From a bacterium (GTDB lineage Bacteria; Fidelibacterota; Marinisomatia; Marinisomatales; UBA1611): DNA of 64,000 nt. Position numbers and translations under genes: made by a program. The DNA is taken from assembly GCA_038127595.1 (NCBI GenBank), contig JAYPIC010000001.1, forward strand, positions 59,388 through 123,387, given 5' to 3'. Shown here in pieces: positions 40,370 through 50,130 of this stretch; the stretch's first letter is position 1; the number at the start of each line of letters is the position of its first letter. Below the pieces are notes generated by a model, which was not told the origin of the DNA, ran no database searches, and was given only the letters and a program-made list of their open reading frames with translations.

Positions 40370-41017
40370 TTATTGTGTTAGTGCAAAATAAATGATATTA
40401 ACACCCATTTTTAAAGCTTTTTCTCTTGATTCCCACGGATTGTTATGAACTGCTTCATCTTCCCATCCATCCCCTAAGTCTGTTTCATATGTATAAAGGA
40501 CAACTAAAATATCTTTTTCAAAGATTCCAAATGCTTGAGGAGGTTTGTTGTCATGCTCATGAATTTTAGGTAGGCCATTTTCAAATTGATAATACGATGA
40601 GAAAACAGGGTGGTCATGCGGCAATTCAACTAAGTCTTTGTTTGGAAAAACTTTTTTCATTTCTCTTCTAAAAGATGCATCCATACCATAATTATCATCT
40701 GCATGTAAAAAACCTCCATTTTGCAATATAGTTCTTAAAGAAATTACTTCATCATCAGAAAGATTAATATTACCATGCCCAGTCATGTATAAGTAAGGAA
40801 AATGATGAGCGTTATTATCTGTGAGTTTAATTCTAACTTCATTACCTGCCTGTTTCATTGATGTATGATCTTTAAGATATTGTAATAAGTTAGGCAAGCT
40901 ACTAGGGTCAGAGTACCAGTCACCACCACCGCCATATTGAATTCTGGCAATGTTAAAATTTTGTGAAAGTAGAATGTTGACGAGAATGAGAGTATTGGTA
41001 AAGTATTTTTTATACAT
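40370..41017 (-). CDS. DUF4159 domain protein
   Basis: YGGGGDWY, PYLYMTGHG, GGFLHADDNYG, DLGDGWED, MGVNI..A. Confidence 0.88.
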   Translation of the reverse strand: MYKKYFTNTLILVNILLSQNFNIARIQYGGGGDWYSDPSSLPNLLQYLKDHTSMKQAGNEVRIKLTDNNAHHFPYLYMTGHGNINLSDDEVISLRTILQNGGFLHADDNYGMDASFRREMKKVFPNKDLVELPHDHPVFSSYYQFENGLPKIHEHDNKPPQAFGIFEKDILVVLYTYETDLGDGWEDEAVHNNPWESREKALKMGVNIIYFALTQ

Positions 41018-41098
41018 AATAAAATAGGTTGAAATTTAGCCTTATAATATACCTAGTCTCTCATTGTAAATGATATATGAATACTTAAATTTGTGTCG

Positions 41099-42949
41099 AT
41101 GATTAAACAAAAAATATTTATTTGGATATTTTTAGTTCTACTCAATGCAATGGAATTAGAATCTCAAACTTTGGGGAATACAGAGCCTAAAAAAATATTG
41201 TGGGGACTGATTAAAATTCCAAACGATGATAATTCTCAAAAAGAACCAATTTATGATAGAATATTCCGGAGCAGAGAATTTGCTACTCCTATTAATTATA
41301 TGCCGATAGAAATCCGTTATGGTATTGGTGTTAATGGGAAATTATCTGGTAGTACTTCATCCCCTTCAGCTACTGATTTAGATAATTGGATCTGGTTCGA
41401 CAATGAAGTAGAACCTTTGGATCAAAATATTGAAAATTTATTTGGGACCTCATTAGATATTGATATAGGAATGATAAATATCCCAAACCTTATCATGAAA
41501 ACAAGCTGGATGAATGTATTAACTGGATTAAACTATAGATCTAGTTCAATTATTTCGCCGAAAGAAGTTCCTCCAAATTGGAAAACTGGTACAGTTTTAG
41601 AAACAAATAAAATTAAATTTAAGCCAGAGGTGCGTGAATATCTAATCACAAACTCTCTTCAGTGGCAACCGTTTAATAGTTGGTATTTGAATTTTAGATA
41701 CGGCTATGGCCTGGCATTTTCAAAGTTTTATTTTGATGATGATTTAGAGTCTATAAATGACTTTCCGAAAGGGACTGGGACTTCAATGAATGTTGGGCTC
41801 GGGTTTCGTTATATAATTGATCCTGGCAAAGCAAATCGTTTTTCGATCGGGGTAGATTTGAGACATTCTTATACCAAAATAAATAATATTGACGATCCTA
41901 ATGATTTAACTCCAGTGAATAGGTTCGACCTTGCTAATTATGGAATATATCTTTCCCTTTCGACTTTTTATGGTGGGAAGAAGACGATCGGAGATGAAGC
42001 TAAAGATATTTATTATGAAAGTGATTATTTAACTGCAAAAAGTAAGTTCACTGATTTCATTAACGATTATCCGACGCACTCAAATAAATATAGGGCATTA
42101 GAATTCATTGAGGAGTGTAACAGGAGAATACCATATCAGATTATGGAGGAAGGTTTGTATTTTGATGATGTTGGTGATTCTGAAAAGGCGCTCGAAAAAT
42201 ATATCAAAGCCAGGTCCAGAGTAATGACAAATGATACATTAATTTTAGAATCATTGAACTTTCGAATTAATGAAATTGCTAGGAAGTGGCTTAATTCAGC
42301 TGAGCTATTATTAGACAGGGGTTTTTACAAAGATGCATTGGATTTAGTAAATAAGGTATCATCATTTTATAGTGTCGAAGATAAATTAATAAATAAGTTT
42401 AAATCGTATGTAGTTCTTGAAGAGGGTAAAAAATTACAATCCATATTAATACTTGGGAAGGCTATGGAAAAATATTCAGAAGCATTGAAATTAAATACAG
42501 GCCTAGAATCTAATGTACAAGCATTACAATATCAGGCAGGTATACAATTAGTTGAATTGGCAAACAAAGTTGATGCTTTTGATGAAGTTAATTTAGCTGT
42601 ACAATCTTTGGAAGAAGCAAAAATATTATCATCTTCCATTGGCTCGAGCAACGAGCAATTATTAAAAGACTTACAAGAGAGGCTTAATAGTTATAGTAAT
42701 TATAAAACTAATATGATAATTGATTATGAAATGTCAAAAGCAAGATATTTACAAGCAATAGCCCGATCTCCACGTTTGACCATTGGAATGACCTTGCCTT
42801 TAATAGAAGAATTGCTTGGCAAGCCTCATGAAATAATTACCTCTAAAGCAACTAATCAAAGAGAACAACTTTGGGTGTATTTTTTAAAAGATAAAAAGCT
42901 AGAACTATCTTTTAAAGATTTCATCTTATTTAAGATCGAAGAGATTTAG
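41099..42949 (+). CDS. Exported hypothetical protein: beta-strand-rich domain + TPR + SmpA/OmlA-like C-terminus
   Basis: Signal peptide; amphipathic beta strands (aa ~70-290); FTDFINDYPTH TPR motif; C-terminal IGMT...IEELLGKP...WVY. Confidence 0.55.
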   Translation: MIKQKIFIWIFLVLLNAMELESQTLGNTEPKKILWGLIKIPNDDNSQKEPIYDRIFRSREFATPINYMPIEIRYGIGVNGKLSGSTSSPSATDLDNWIWFDNEVEPLDQNIENLFGTSLDIDIGMINIPNLIMKTSWMNVLTGLNYRSSSIISPKEVPPNWKTGTVLETNKIKFKPEVREYLITNSLQWQPFNSWYLNFRYGYGLAFSKFYFDDDLESINDFPKGTGTSMNVGLGFRYIIDPGKANRFSIGVDLRHSYTKINNIDDPNDLTPVNRFDLANYGIYLSLSTFYGGKKTIGDEAKDIYYESDYLTAKSKFTDFINDYPTHSNKYRALEFIEECNRRIPYQIMEEGLYFDDVGDSEKALEKYIKARSRVMTNDTLILESLNFRINEIARKWLNSAELLLDRGFYKDALDLVNKVSSFYSVEDKLINKFKSYVVLEEGKKLQSILILGKAMEKYSEALKLNTGLESNVQALQYQAGIQLVELANKVDAFDEVNLAVQSLEEAKILSSSIGSSNEQLLKDLQERLNSYSNYKTNMIIDYEMSKARYLQAIARSPRLTIGMTLPLIEELLGKPHEIITSKATNQREQLWVYFLKDKKLELSFKDFILFKIEEI

Positions 42950-43009
42950 TTTAAATTGGAAAACATTGTTCATTGTATACTGTGAACTAATCTAGGTAGT
43001 TTAAGTCAG

Positions 43010-44206
43010 ATGAAAATATTTAATTATATTATATTAGTTTCTTTCTGTTTTTGTTTTCTGAATGCACAATCTTCCCAGAGAGATTATAATGAAGAATTGC
43101 GTTATCAAAACGATGCCATTAATAAGATGAAAAAAGAGATTGAAGAATTAAGCTCAAAATTAAGAAAGGCAAATATTAATGAAACAACTACATCAAAAAG
43201 AATTACAAACCTAGATGAAGAAATTGCCCTAGTAAATAAACTTATTCAATCTTTGAAAAAAGAAGAAACTTCAAATAGAAATAAGGTCAATGTTTTAAAA
43301 GATAGAATTAAAACAAAAGAAGATGAATTAGAATTACTTCGAACACGCTATGAACAAAGAATAGTTAATACATACCAAAAAGGACGAGTTTCTGACTTAG
43401 AAAAAGTTTTATCCTCGACTTCTTGGCGGCAAGCTGTTTATAGAACTCAATATTTGAAAATCATTTCTTCCATCGAGCAAAAAATGACTAAAGATATTGA
43501 AAATATATTATTAGCAATAAATAAAGATAAGCTCAAGCTTGAGTCGCTTTTAAGACAAAGTATTTCTTTAAAAAGAGACAAACAAAAGCAAATGACCTCA
43601 TTACGTAAAATGAGAATTAAAAGAGAAAAAGAACTTAATAGGATCAGGCAGGATAAATCTGCTTTGGCAAATTACATGCAAGAAAAATCTGCTGGGGTTA
43701 AGCAATTGGAATCTATTATAAAAAAAGTGCTTGAAGATAAAGCCAGATCTGAAAGAGAAGAAAGAATAAGGCAGCAACAACAAGCTTTAAAAACAAAAGA
43801 ATTTAATCTATTAAAAGGTCAATTACCCTGGCCCACTGAAGGAAGGGTAATTTCAAAGTTTGGCAAGCAGTGGAATTCTCGTTTGAAGACAACTACTGAT
43901 AACCCAGGTATTGATATTAAGGGTCAGCCTGGATCTCCAATAAGATCTACAATGAGTGGGGTTGTAACAACTATTACGTATATAAGAGGATATGGCACAA
44001 CAGTTATAATAGATCATGGTGGTGGTTTTTATACAGTTTATAGTCATGTAACTAATATTCAAACGCAGGTTGACAGTGAAGTTAGGTCTGGAGATGTGAT
44101 AGCCTATATGGGAGACTCAGGGTCAGTCAATGGATCAAAATTACATTTTGAGGTATGGGGTAAAGGGCAAAAACTTGATCCTGAAAAATGGTTAATTAAA
44201 AAATAG
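43010..44206 (+). CDS. envC: Murein hydrolase activator EnvC family (coiled coil + degenerate M23)
   Basis: LPWPTEG..ISKFG, NPGIDI, IIDHG, LHFEV; the Zn ligands are degenerate, as in EnvC. Confidence 0.85.
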   Translation: MKIFNYIILVSFCFCFLNAQSSQRDYNEELRYQNDAINKMKKEIEELSSKLRKANINETTTSKRITNLDEEIALVNKLIQSLKKEETSNRNKVNVLKDRIKTKEDELELLRTRYEQRIVNTYQKGRVSDLEKVLSSTSWRQAVYRTQYLKIISSIEQKMTKDIENILLAINKDKLKLESLLRQSISLKRDKQKQMTSLRKMRIKREKELNRIRQDKSALANYMQEKSAGVKQLESIIKKVLEDKARSEREERIRQQQQALKTKEFNLLKGQLPWPTEGRVISKFGKQWNSRLKTTTDNPGIDIKGQPGSPIRSTMSGVVTTITYIRGYGTTVIIDHGGGFYTVYSHVTNIQTQVDSEVRSGDVIAYMGDSGSVNGSKLHFEVWGKGQKLDPEKWLIKK

Positions 44207-44210
44207 TTAG

Positions 44211-45320
44211 ATGGTTAGTGACTTAATAGGCGCTCAAGCCCATACTTGGGATAAATTATCTAGTATATCGAGGTCAAAAAAAATTGGTAGTGCATATTTA
44301 TTTTCTGGACCTGTTGGGTCAGGTAAGGAAGGTCTTGCCCTCAAATTTGCACAATTAATTAATTGTAAATCTGGGTCTAGTGAGTTTTGTGATGGGTGTG
44401 ATTCTTGTTTAAAATTTCAAACATTACAACATGAACAATTAAATCTTATAATTCCTCTACCTGCTCCAAAAAGCTCAAGTAATACAGATATCATTCCAAA
44501 AGAATATTTTGAAGCTTTAAATAATAAGTCTAAAGATTTATTTTATAAAATGGCACTCCCTAAAGCGAATAGAATACTCATTCAATCAATAAGAGATTTA
44601 AAAAAAAAGTTATATTTTAAGTCTGAAAAAGAAAGTGGTAGAAAATTTGTATTAATCTTTGATGCTGAAAAATTATGTTCTGGGCAAGGTGAATCAGGAA
44701 ATGCTTTGCTTAAATTACTTGAAGAACCGCCTGGAGAAACGACATTTATTTTGGTTACTGATCATAAAAAGTTGCTTTTTGAAACTATTATTTCAAGGTG
44801 TCAAAACATTGATATTCCTTGTTTAAATGACGCTTATATATATGATTGGCTAATTGAAAAACAATTAAGTGAGGTGGACGCAGATATTTTAGTTAAAATA
44901 AGTAGAGGTAATATTCATAATGCTCGAATGTTATCATCTCAGTCAATTGAAGATATAATGAACACAATTGAAAAATTAACTACTACTGTTATCGGTAAAG
45001 ATCCTCAAAAATGGCGTAATTTTACCTCTCATTATAGTCGCGTTTTTAATGCAAGCCAGTTAGATTTTGATCGCCAATTGAATCTTATAATAATTTGGTT
45101 GCAAGGCGCGAATAAATTAAGACAAAATTTAGTTAGTGGGTTTGAAAGAACAGGGTTGCATAGTAGAATGATCTCATTCAATGAAAAATTTCCCAATGCT
45201 AATATTTACAAAATTATTTTATGTATTGAAGAAGTGAAATCACTAGCTCGTCAAAATTTATATATGCCATTAATTTTATTAAACATGCTATTAGACATTC
45301 AAGAACTTATTTATGAATAA
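44211..45320 (+). CDS. holB: DNA polymerase III subunit delta-prime
   Basis: AYLFSGPVGSGK, C..CDSC, NALLKLLEEPP, TIISRCQ; holB-metG-tatD synteny. Confidence 0.9.
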   Translation: MVSDLIGAQAHTWDKLSSISRSKKIGSAYLFSGPVGSGKEGLALKFAQLINCKSGSSEFCDGCDSCLKFQTLQHEQLNLIIPLPAPKSSSNTDIIPKEYFEALNNKSKDLFYKMALPKANRILIQSIRDLKKKLYFKSEKESGRKFVLIFDAEKLCSGQGESGNALLKLLEEPPGETTFILVTDHKKLLFETIISRCQNIDIPCLNDAYIYDWLIEKQLSEVDADILVKISRGNIHNARMLSSQSIEDIMNTIEKLTTTVIGKDPQKWRNFTSHYSRVFNASQLDFDRQLNLIIIWLQGANKLRQNLVSGFERTGLHSRMISFNEKFPNANIYKIILCIEEVKSLARQNLYMPLILLNMLLDIQELIYE

Positions 45321-46818
45321 AACATTTTATATCACTACTCCAATTTATTACGTGAACGATATTCCTCATATTGGGCATGCATATACAACAATACTTGCTG
45401 ATGTTTTAAGTAGGTACCAAAAGCAAATTGGGAATGACAGCTTTTTTTTAACCGGGGTTGATGAACACGGACAGAAAGTTCAAGAGGCTGCAAAAAAAAG
45501 AGGAGTGAATCCCTTGCAGCATTGTGATGAAATGGCAAAACGTTTTACTTCTCTTTGGCAGGAATTGCATATATCTAATGATGACTTCATTCGAACCACG
45601 GAGCAAAGACATCAGAAAGTTGTGAAAAAAATATTAAATATAGTTAATGATGCTGGTGATATATATGCAGATGAGTATGAAGGTCTTTATTCAATTTCTG
45701 AGGAAAGATTTATTACAGAAAAAGAATCAGAGAGCGGTCAATTTCGAGATATAAAAAAATTAAAAGAAAAAAATTATTTTTTCAAAATGAGTAAATATCA
45801 AGATCAATTAATTGACCATATAAATAATAACCCAAAATTCATTCAGCCAGAACATCGAAAGAATGAAATATTAGGGTTTTTAAAACAGCCCCTTAATGAT
45901 CTATGTATCTCAAGGCCTAAATCAAGGCTTGATTGGGGGATTGAGTTGCCTTTTGATAGCAATTATGTGACTTATGTTTGGTTTGATGCTTTGATAAATT
46001 ATATAACTGTTCCAGGGTATGGTGAAGATCCTCAAGAATTTCAAAAGTTTTGGCCTGCCAGTATTCATTTGATTGGCAAAGACATCTTGACTACTCATGC
46101 TGTTTATTGGCCTACGATGCTTATGGCAGCAGGTATTGAATTGCCCAATACAATTTTTGCTCACGGATGGTGGTTGATGAAAGATGAGAAAATGAGCAAA
46201 TCTTCAGGTAACGTTATTAACCCCTTGGATTTAATAGAAGATTATGGAGTTGATCCTGTTAGGTATTATTTAATGAGGGAAATGGTTTTAGGCCATGATG
46301 CAAGTTTTTCTAAAGAATCTTTTATAACTAGATATAATAGTGACTTAGCAAATGATTTTGGAAATCTTTTAAGTAGAGTATCAACATTGATAAATAAAAA
46401 TTATGAGGGCATTATCCCAAATGTCTCCAGTTTTTCCCCTCTTGAAATAGAAATTCAACATTCATCCCGAGAAGTTGTGAAAAATTTTGATAGTCATATG
46501 TCAAATATGGCAATAAATGAAGCCATTGAAGAGGCACTTCAATTTGTAAGGAGCATAAATAAATACTTTGAACAAAGCGTTCCTTGGAAGGTAGTTAAAG
46601 ATGATAAAATCTCTGCGGGAACAATATTATACACTGGAGCCGAGGCTTTAAGAATAGCTGCTGTTTTGCTTTCATCAATTATGCCTGAAAGAACAAAAAA
46701 TCTTTTTTTGGTTTTAAATACAACTTCTATAGATCGAGATTGGGGCGGTTTAAAACCAGGTACACAGTTAGGTCCGTTAACTGTTTTATTCCCAAGAATA
46801 AACACTGAAAATAATTAA
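45313..46818 (+). CDS. metG: Methionine--tRNA ligase (short form, no C-terminal dimerisation domain)
   Basis: YITTPIYYVN..PHIGHAY, YVWFDAL, KMSKS. Confidence 0.97.
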   Translation: MNKTFYITTPIYYVNDIPHIGHAYTTILADVLSRYQKQIGNDSFFLTGVDEHGQKVQEAAKKRGVNPLQHCDEMAKRFTSLWQELHISNDDFIRTTEQRHQKVVKKILNIVNDAGDIYADEYEGLYSISEERFITEKESESGQFRDIKKLKEKNYFFKMSKYQDQLIDHINNNPKFIQPEHRKNEILGFLKQPLNDLCISRPKSRLDWGIELPFDSNYVTYVWFDALINYITVPGYGEDPQEFQKFWPASIHLIGKDILTTHAVYWPTMLMAAGIELPNTIFAHGWWLMKDEKMSKSSGNVINPLDLIEDYGVDPVRYYLMREMVLGHDASFSKESFITRYNSDLANDFGNLLSRVSTLINKNYEGIIPNVSSFSPLEIEIQHSSREVVKNFDSHMSNMAINEAIEEALQFVRSINKYFEQSVPWKVVKDDKISAGTILYTGAEALRIAAVLLSSIMPERTKNLFLVLNTTSIDRDWGGLKPGTQLGPLTVLFPRINTENN

Positions 46819-46819
46819 C

Positions 46820-47575
46820 ATGTTAGTAGATACTCATTGTCATTTATTCTTTGATGAGCTTAAAAAAGACCTTGATGGAGTCTTGTCTAGAGCAGCTGCA
46901 TTAGGTGTTACAAAATTCATTTGTGTTGGCACAAATGTTGAAGATTCGCAGCATAGTTATGAACTTTCTTTAAAATATGAAAATATATTTTCAACAGCTG
47001 GAGTTCATCCCCATGATTCGGAAGAGGTACCAAAAGATTACCTGGATCAAATAAAATTTTTATTAAAAAAATCCAAGGTAGTTGCATTAGGTGAAATTGG
47101 ATTGGATTACTTTAAAAATATTTCGGATAAAAAAATTCAAAAAAATATTTTTAGGGAACAATTAGAGCTAGCTCAGGAGATTAATGTCCCAATAGTGTTT
47201 CACAACCGCGATTCTGACAAAGACATAATTGATATACTATCAAAATTTCCTGATGTTATCGGTGTGGCTCATTGTTTTTCTAGTACTTATGAAGTAGCTA
47301 AAAAATTAATTGATATGGGGTTCTATATTTCATTTTCTGGGAATTTAACATTCAAAAACAGCCATCTACCAGACGTAGCTAAAAAGCTACCCTTAAATAA
47401 AATATTGGTTGAGACCGACTCTCCATTTTTAAGTCCAGTACCGCATAGAGGTAAGGTCAATGAACCAGGAAGAACCCGTTTTGTTGCAGAACTTTTAGCA
47501 AAACTGCACGGATCGACTATAAATCAAATAGCTTCTATTACGACCAATAATGCTACTAATTTGTTTAATCTTTAG
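46820..47575 (+). CDS. tatD: TatD-family DNase
   Basis: DTHCH, GVHPH, GEIGLDY, HNR, HCF, ETDSP. Confidence 0.95.
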   Translation: MLVDTHCHLFFDELKKDLDGVLSRAAALGVTKFICVGTNVEDSQHSYELSLKYENIFSTAGVHPHDSEEVPKDYLDQIKFLLKKSKVVALGEIGLDYFKNISDKKIQKNIFREQLELAQEINVPIVFHNRDSDKDIIDILSKFPDVIGVAHCFSSTYEVAKKLIDMGFYISFSGNLTFKNSHLPDVAKKLPLNKILVETDSPFLSPVPHRGKVNEPGRTRFVAELLAKLHGSTINQIASITTNNATNLFNL

Positions 47576-47593
47576 TTAAAATTCTTTGAAAAA

Positions 47594-48358
47594 GTGAATC
47601 GAGAACCACATTCCTTCAGAAAAAAGTGGGGGCAAAATTTTTTAGTTGACCCTAATATAATTAAAAAGATTTACAGTGTTATAAAGCCTAAAAAAAATGA
47701 TAATATTATCGAGATTGGACCTGGTGATGGGGCATTAACAAAAGTAATATATCCAAACGTTCGTGATATGCTGACTGTGGAAGTTGATCCATTATTAATA
47801 GATAAATTATATGATCAAAAAAGTTTAAAATCTTTAAAAATTGTTCATCAGGACATACTGAAAACAAACATTTATGACTTTGATATTAAAAACCCTGTTA
47901 GAATAGTTGGTAATATACCATACAACATCACTTCACAGATAATTTTTTGGTTAATCGAGCAATTAGATTATTGGGATGATGCATTTATTATGGTTCAAAA
48001 AGAGGTCGCTCAAAGGCTAGTTGCACAGATATGCACAAAAGAATATGGGAGACTGACGGTAGTAGTGGGAGCATATTTAAATGTAGAATATTGTTTTTCT
48101 ATACCCCCTACTGTTTTCGTTCCTCGTCCAAGAGTAGATTCAGCATTTATAAGGTTTACAAAAAAAGAAAGTGCATTAATTGCTGATAGTAAATATGTGA
48201 AGTTTAATAATCTTGTACGAGCAGCATTTAATCAAAGACGAAAGATGTTAAAAAATTCGTTGAATGGCTGGGATATACCTGAAGAAATAAAAAATGAGAT
48301 TGATTTTTCAAGAAGACCAGAAACATTATCCATTAGTGAATTTTCAAAATTAGTTTAG
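47594..48358 (+). CDS. rsmA: 16S rRNA m6,2A dimethyltransferase
   Basis: KKWGQNFL, EIGPG.G, GNIPYNIT, QKEVA.R, P.P.VDS, QRRK. Confidence 0.96.
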   Translation: MNREPHSFRKKWGQNFLVDPNIIKKIYSVIKPKKNDNIIEIGPGDGALTKVIYPNVRDMLTVEVDPLLIDKLYDQKSLKSLKIVHQDILKTNIYDFDIKNPVRIVGNIPYNITSQIIFWLIEQLDYWDDAFIMVQKEVAQRLVAQICTKEYGRLTVVVGAYLNVEYCFSIPPTVFVPRPRVDSAFIRFTKKESALIADSKYVKFNNLVRAAFNQRRKMLKNSLNGWDIPEEIKNEIDFSRRPETLSISEFSKLV

Positions 48359-48361
48359 TAC

Positions 48362-48390
48362 TTGTTTATAATAGCATAGACAATTAAGAT
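48362..48390 (+). promoter_or_regulatory. Putative sigma70 promoter for rpsU
   Basis: TTGTTT-N17-TAAGAT upstream of the AGGAGGT RBS. Confidence 0.4.
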
Positions 48391-48438
48391 TGCCAGCAAT
48401 TTTAACATACCACACTTACACTTTAGGAGGTGAATACA

Positions 48439-48699
48439 GTGGTAGAAATACAAGTTAGAGATAAAGAATCTCTTGAAAGAGCCTTAAGAAGGTTTAAAAA
48501 GAAATGGGAAAGAGCGGGTATATTAAGAGAACTTCGTGGAAGAGCATTTTATATTAAACCAAGTGATGAAAAACGTGAAGCAAGAAAGAAAGCTACACGG
48601 AGGATGGCAAGGAATGCAAGAATCGAGGCTTTGAGAAACAATCCTAGAGGTGCTAGGCGAAGACGAAAGCGCACAACGGATAATCGACGAAGTCGATAG
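48439..48699 (+). CDS. rpsU: 30S ribosomal protein S21 with basic C-terminal extension
   Basis: ESLERALRRFKK, FYIKPS; AGGAGGT at 48425-48431 places the start at GTG 48439. Confidence 0.93.
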   Translation: MVEIQVRDKESLERALRRFKKKWERAGILRELRGRAFYIKPSDEKREARKKATRRMARNARIEALRNNPRGARRRRKRTTDNRRSR

Positions 48700-48730
48700 A
48701 ATTAGTAACTTTGAAATAGTTATTAACAAT

Positions 48731-48761
48731 AAAAGGGCTCGCTTTTTTGAGCCCTTTTTTT
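48731..48761 (+). terminator. Rho-independent terminator (possibly bidirectional)
   Basis: AAAAGGGCTC-loop-GAGCCCTTTTTTT. Confidence 0.9.
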
Positions 48762-48777
48762 ATACCAAGGATCAATT

Positions 48778-50130
48778 ATGTTAATTAGAAGTATATCTGG
48801 TATTAGGGGTCTTGTAGACGAAGACTTAAAGAATGATTCAATCATAAAATATGCAAATGCATTGAATGAGCTTTTTCCTGAGGGTGTTATATACGCAGGC
48901 CGAGATAGTAGACCATCGGGGGAAGATATTGTTCAAGTAATGATTGATGAACTAATTATGTTAGGTAGAACAGTTATTTACTGCGGTATAGTTCCAACGC
49001 CAACTGTTCAGTATATGGTCCATATTAGTGAGGCTGTTGGTGGTTTTATCATTACTGCCAGTCATAATCCTATTGAATGGAATGGTATTAAGTTTTTAAG
49101 AGAGGATAGTACATTTTTTCACAAATCAGATTGCGAAAAATTATTCAATTTAGCAGATAATTTTAATGCCCCTGCCACTTATCCAAAAGAAAAGGGTATG
49201 TTGTGGGAAGAAAAGAACGCTATTTATAAACACACTGTTAGTTGTTCATCTTTACAATGCATTGATTTAAATAAAATTAGAAGTAAAAAATTTAAAGTTG
49301 TTGTTGATGCTGTCAATGGAGCTGGCGCTTTAGCATTGCCAGCAATGTTAGATATGCTTGGTTGCGAGGTAATTAAACTAGACTGTGAACCTAATGGGGT
49401 GTTTAATAGAGGTACCGAGCCTTTACCAGAAAATCTTAAGACTTTGTCTCAAAATGTAATTCAAAATAATGCTGATGTAGGATTTGCTGTTGATCCGGAT
49501 GCAGACAGGCTAGCTGTAGTTGATGAAAATGGTACACCTCTCGGAGAAGAGTATTCACTGGTTCTTGCAGCCGATGGCTATATTAATTTTCTTAAAGTTG
49601 AAAAGGAAACATTTGTATCCAATTTATCTACTTCTTTAGCTCTAGATAAATTAGCATCTTCAAAAAAATGTCAAGTAATTCGATCTGCAGTTGGGGAAAT
49701 TAATGTAGTAAATAAAATGAACGAATTAGGTGCAAACCTTGGTGGTGAGGGTAATGGAGGAGTTATTTTAAGAGAGTGTCATTTAGGAAGGGACTCTTTG
49801 GTTGCTGTAACGATGGTTTTGAATCGAATGGCACAGTCAGAAAATAAATTAAGTGTTATACATCAAAGCCTTCCGCAATATAAAATTGTTAAGGATAAAG
49901 TTCGAATCGATGGCGTGAATGTAGAAGAGTTTTTAGATAGAGTAGATTCAATTTTTCAAGATGGTGAAAAAAATACAATTGATGGGTTAAAAATAACATG
50001 GGATGACCAGTGGGTTCATTTAAGAGGATCTAATACTGAGCCTATAATTAGAATTTATGCAGAGGCACTATCAGAAGAAATGGCAACACAGCTAATTAAA
50101 AAGGTTAAAGATCAAATAAGTGTAAGTTAA
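48778..50130 (+). CDS. glmM: Phosphoglucosamine mutase / phosphomannomutase
   Basis: SISGIRG, ITASHNP, DPDADR, GGEGNGG, R.SNTEP. Substrate specificity is not certain. Confidence 0.8.
   Translation: MLIRSISGIRGLVDEDLKNDSIIKYANALNELFPEGVIYAGRDSRPSGEDIVQVMIDELIMLGRTVIYCGIVPTPTVQYMVHISEAVGGFIITASHNPIEWNGIKFLREDSTFFHKSDCEKLFNLADNFNAPATYPKEKGMLWEEKNAIYKHTVSCSSLQCIDLNKIRSKKFKVVVDAVNGAGALALPAMLDMLGCEVIKLDCEPNGVFNRGTEPLPENLKTLSQNVIQNNADVGFAVDPDADRLAVVDENGTPLGEEYSLVLAADGYINFLKVEKETFVSNLSTSLALDKLASSKKCQVIRSAVGEINVVNKMNELGANLGGEGNGGVILRECHLGRDSLVAVTMVLNRMAQSENKLSVIHQSLPQYKIVKDKVRIDGVNVEEFLDRVDSIFQDGEKNTIDGLKITWDDQWVHLRGSNTEPIIRIYAEALSEEMATQLIKKVKDQISVS

Noticed and set aside
43850..44206. Loss of catalytic Zn ligands in the M23 domain as a novelty
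   Set aside because: Expected for EnvC-type amidase activators.
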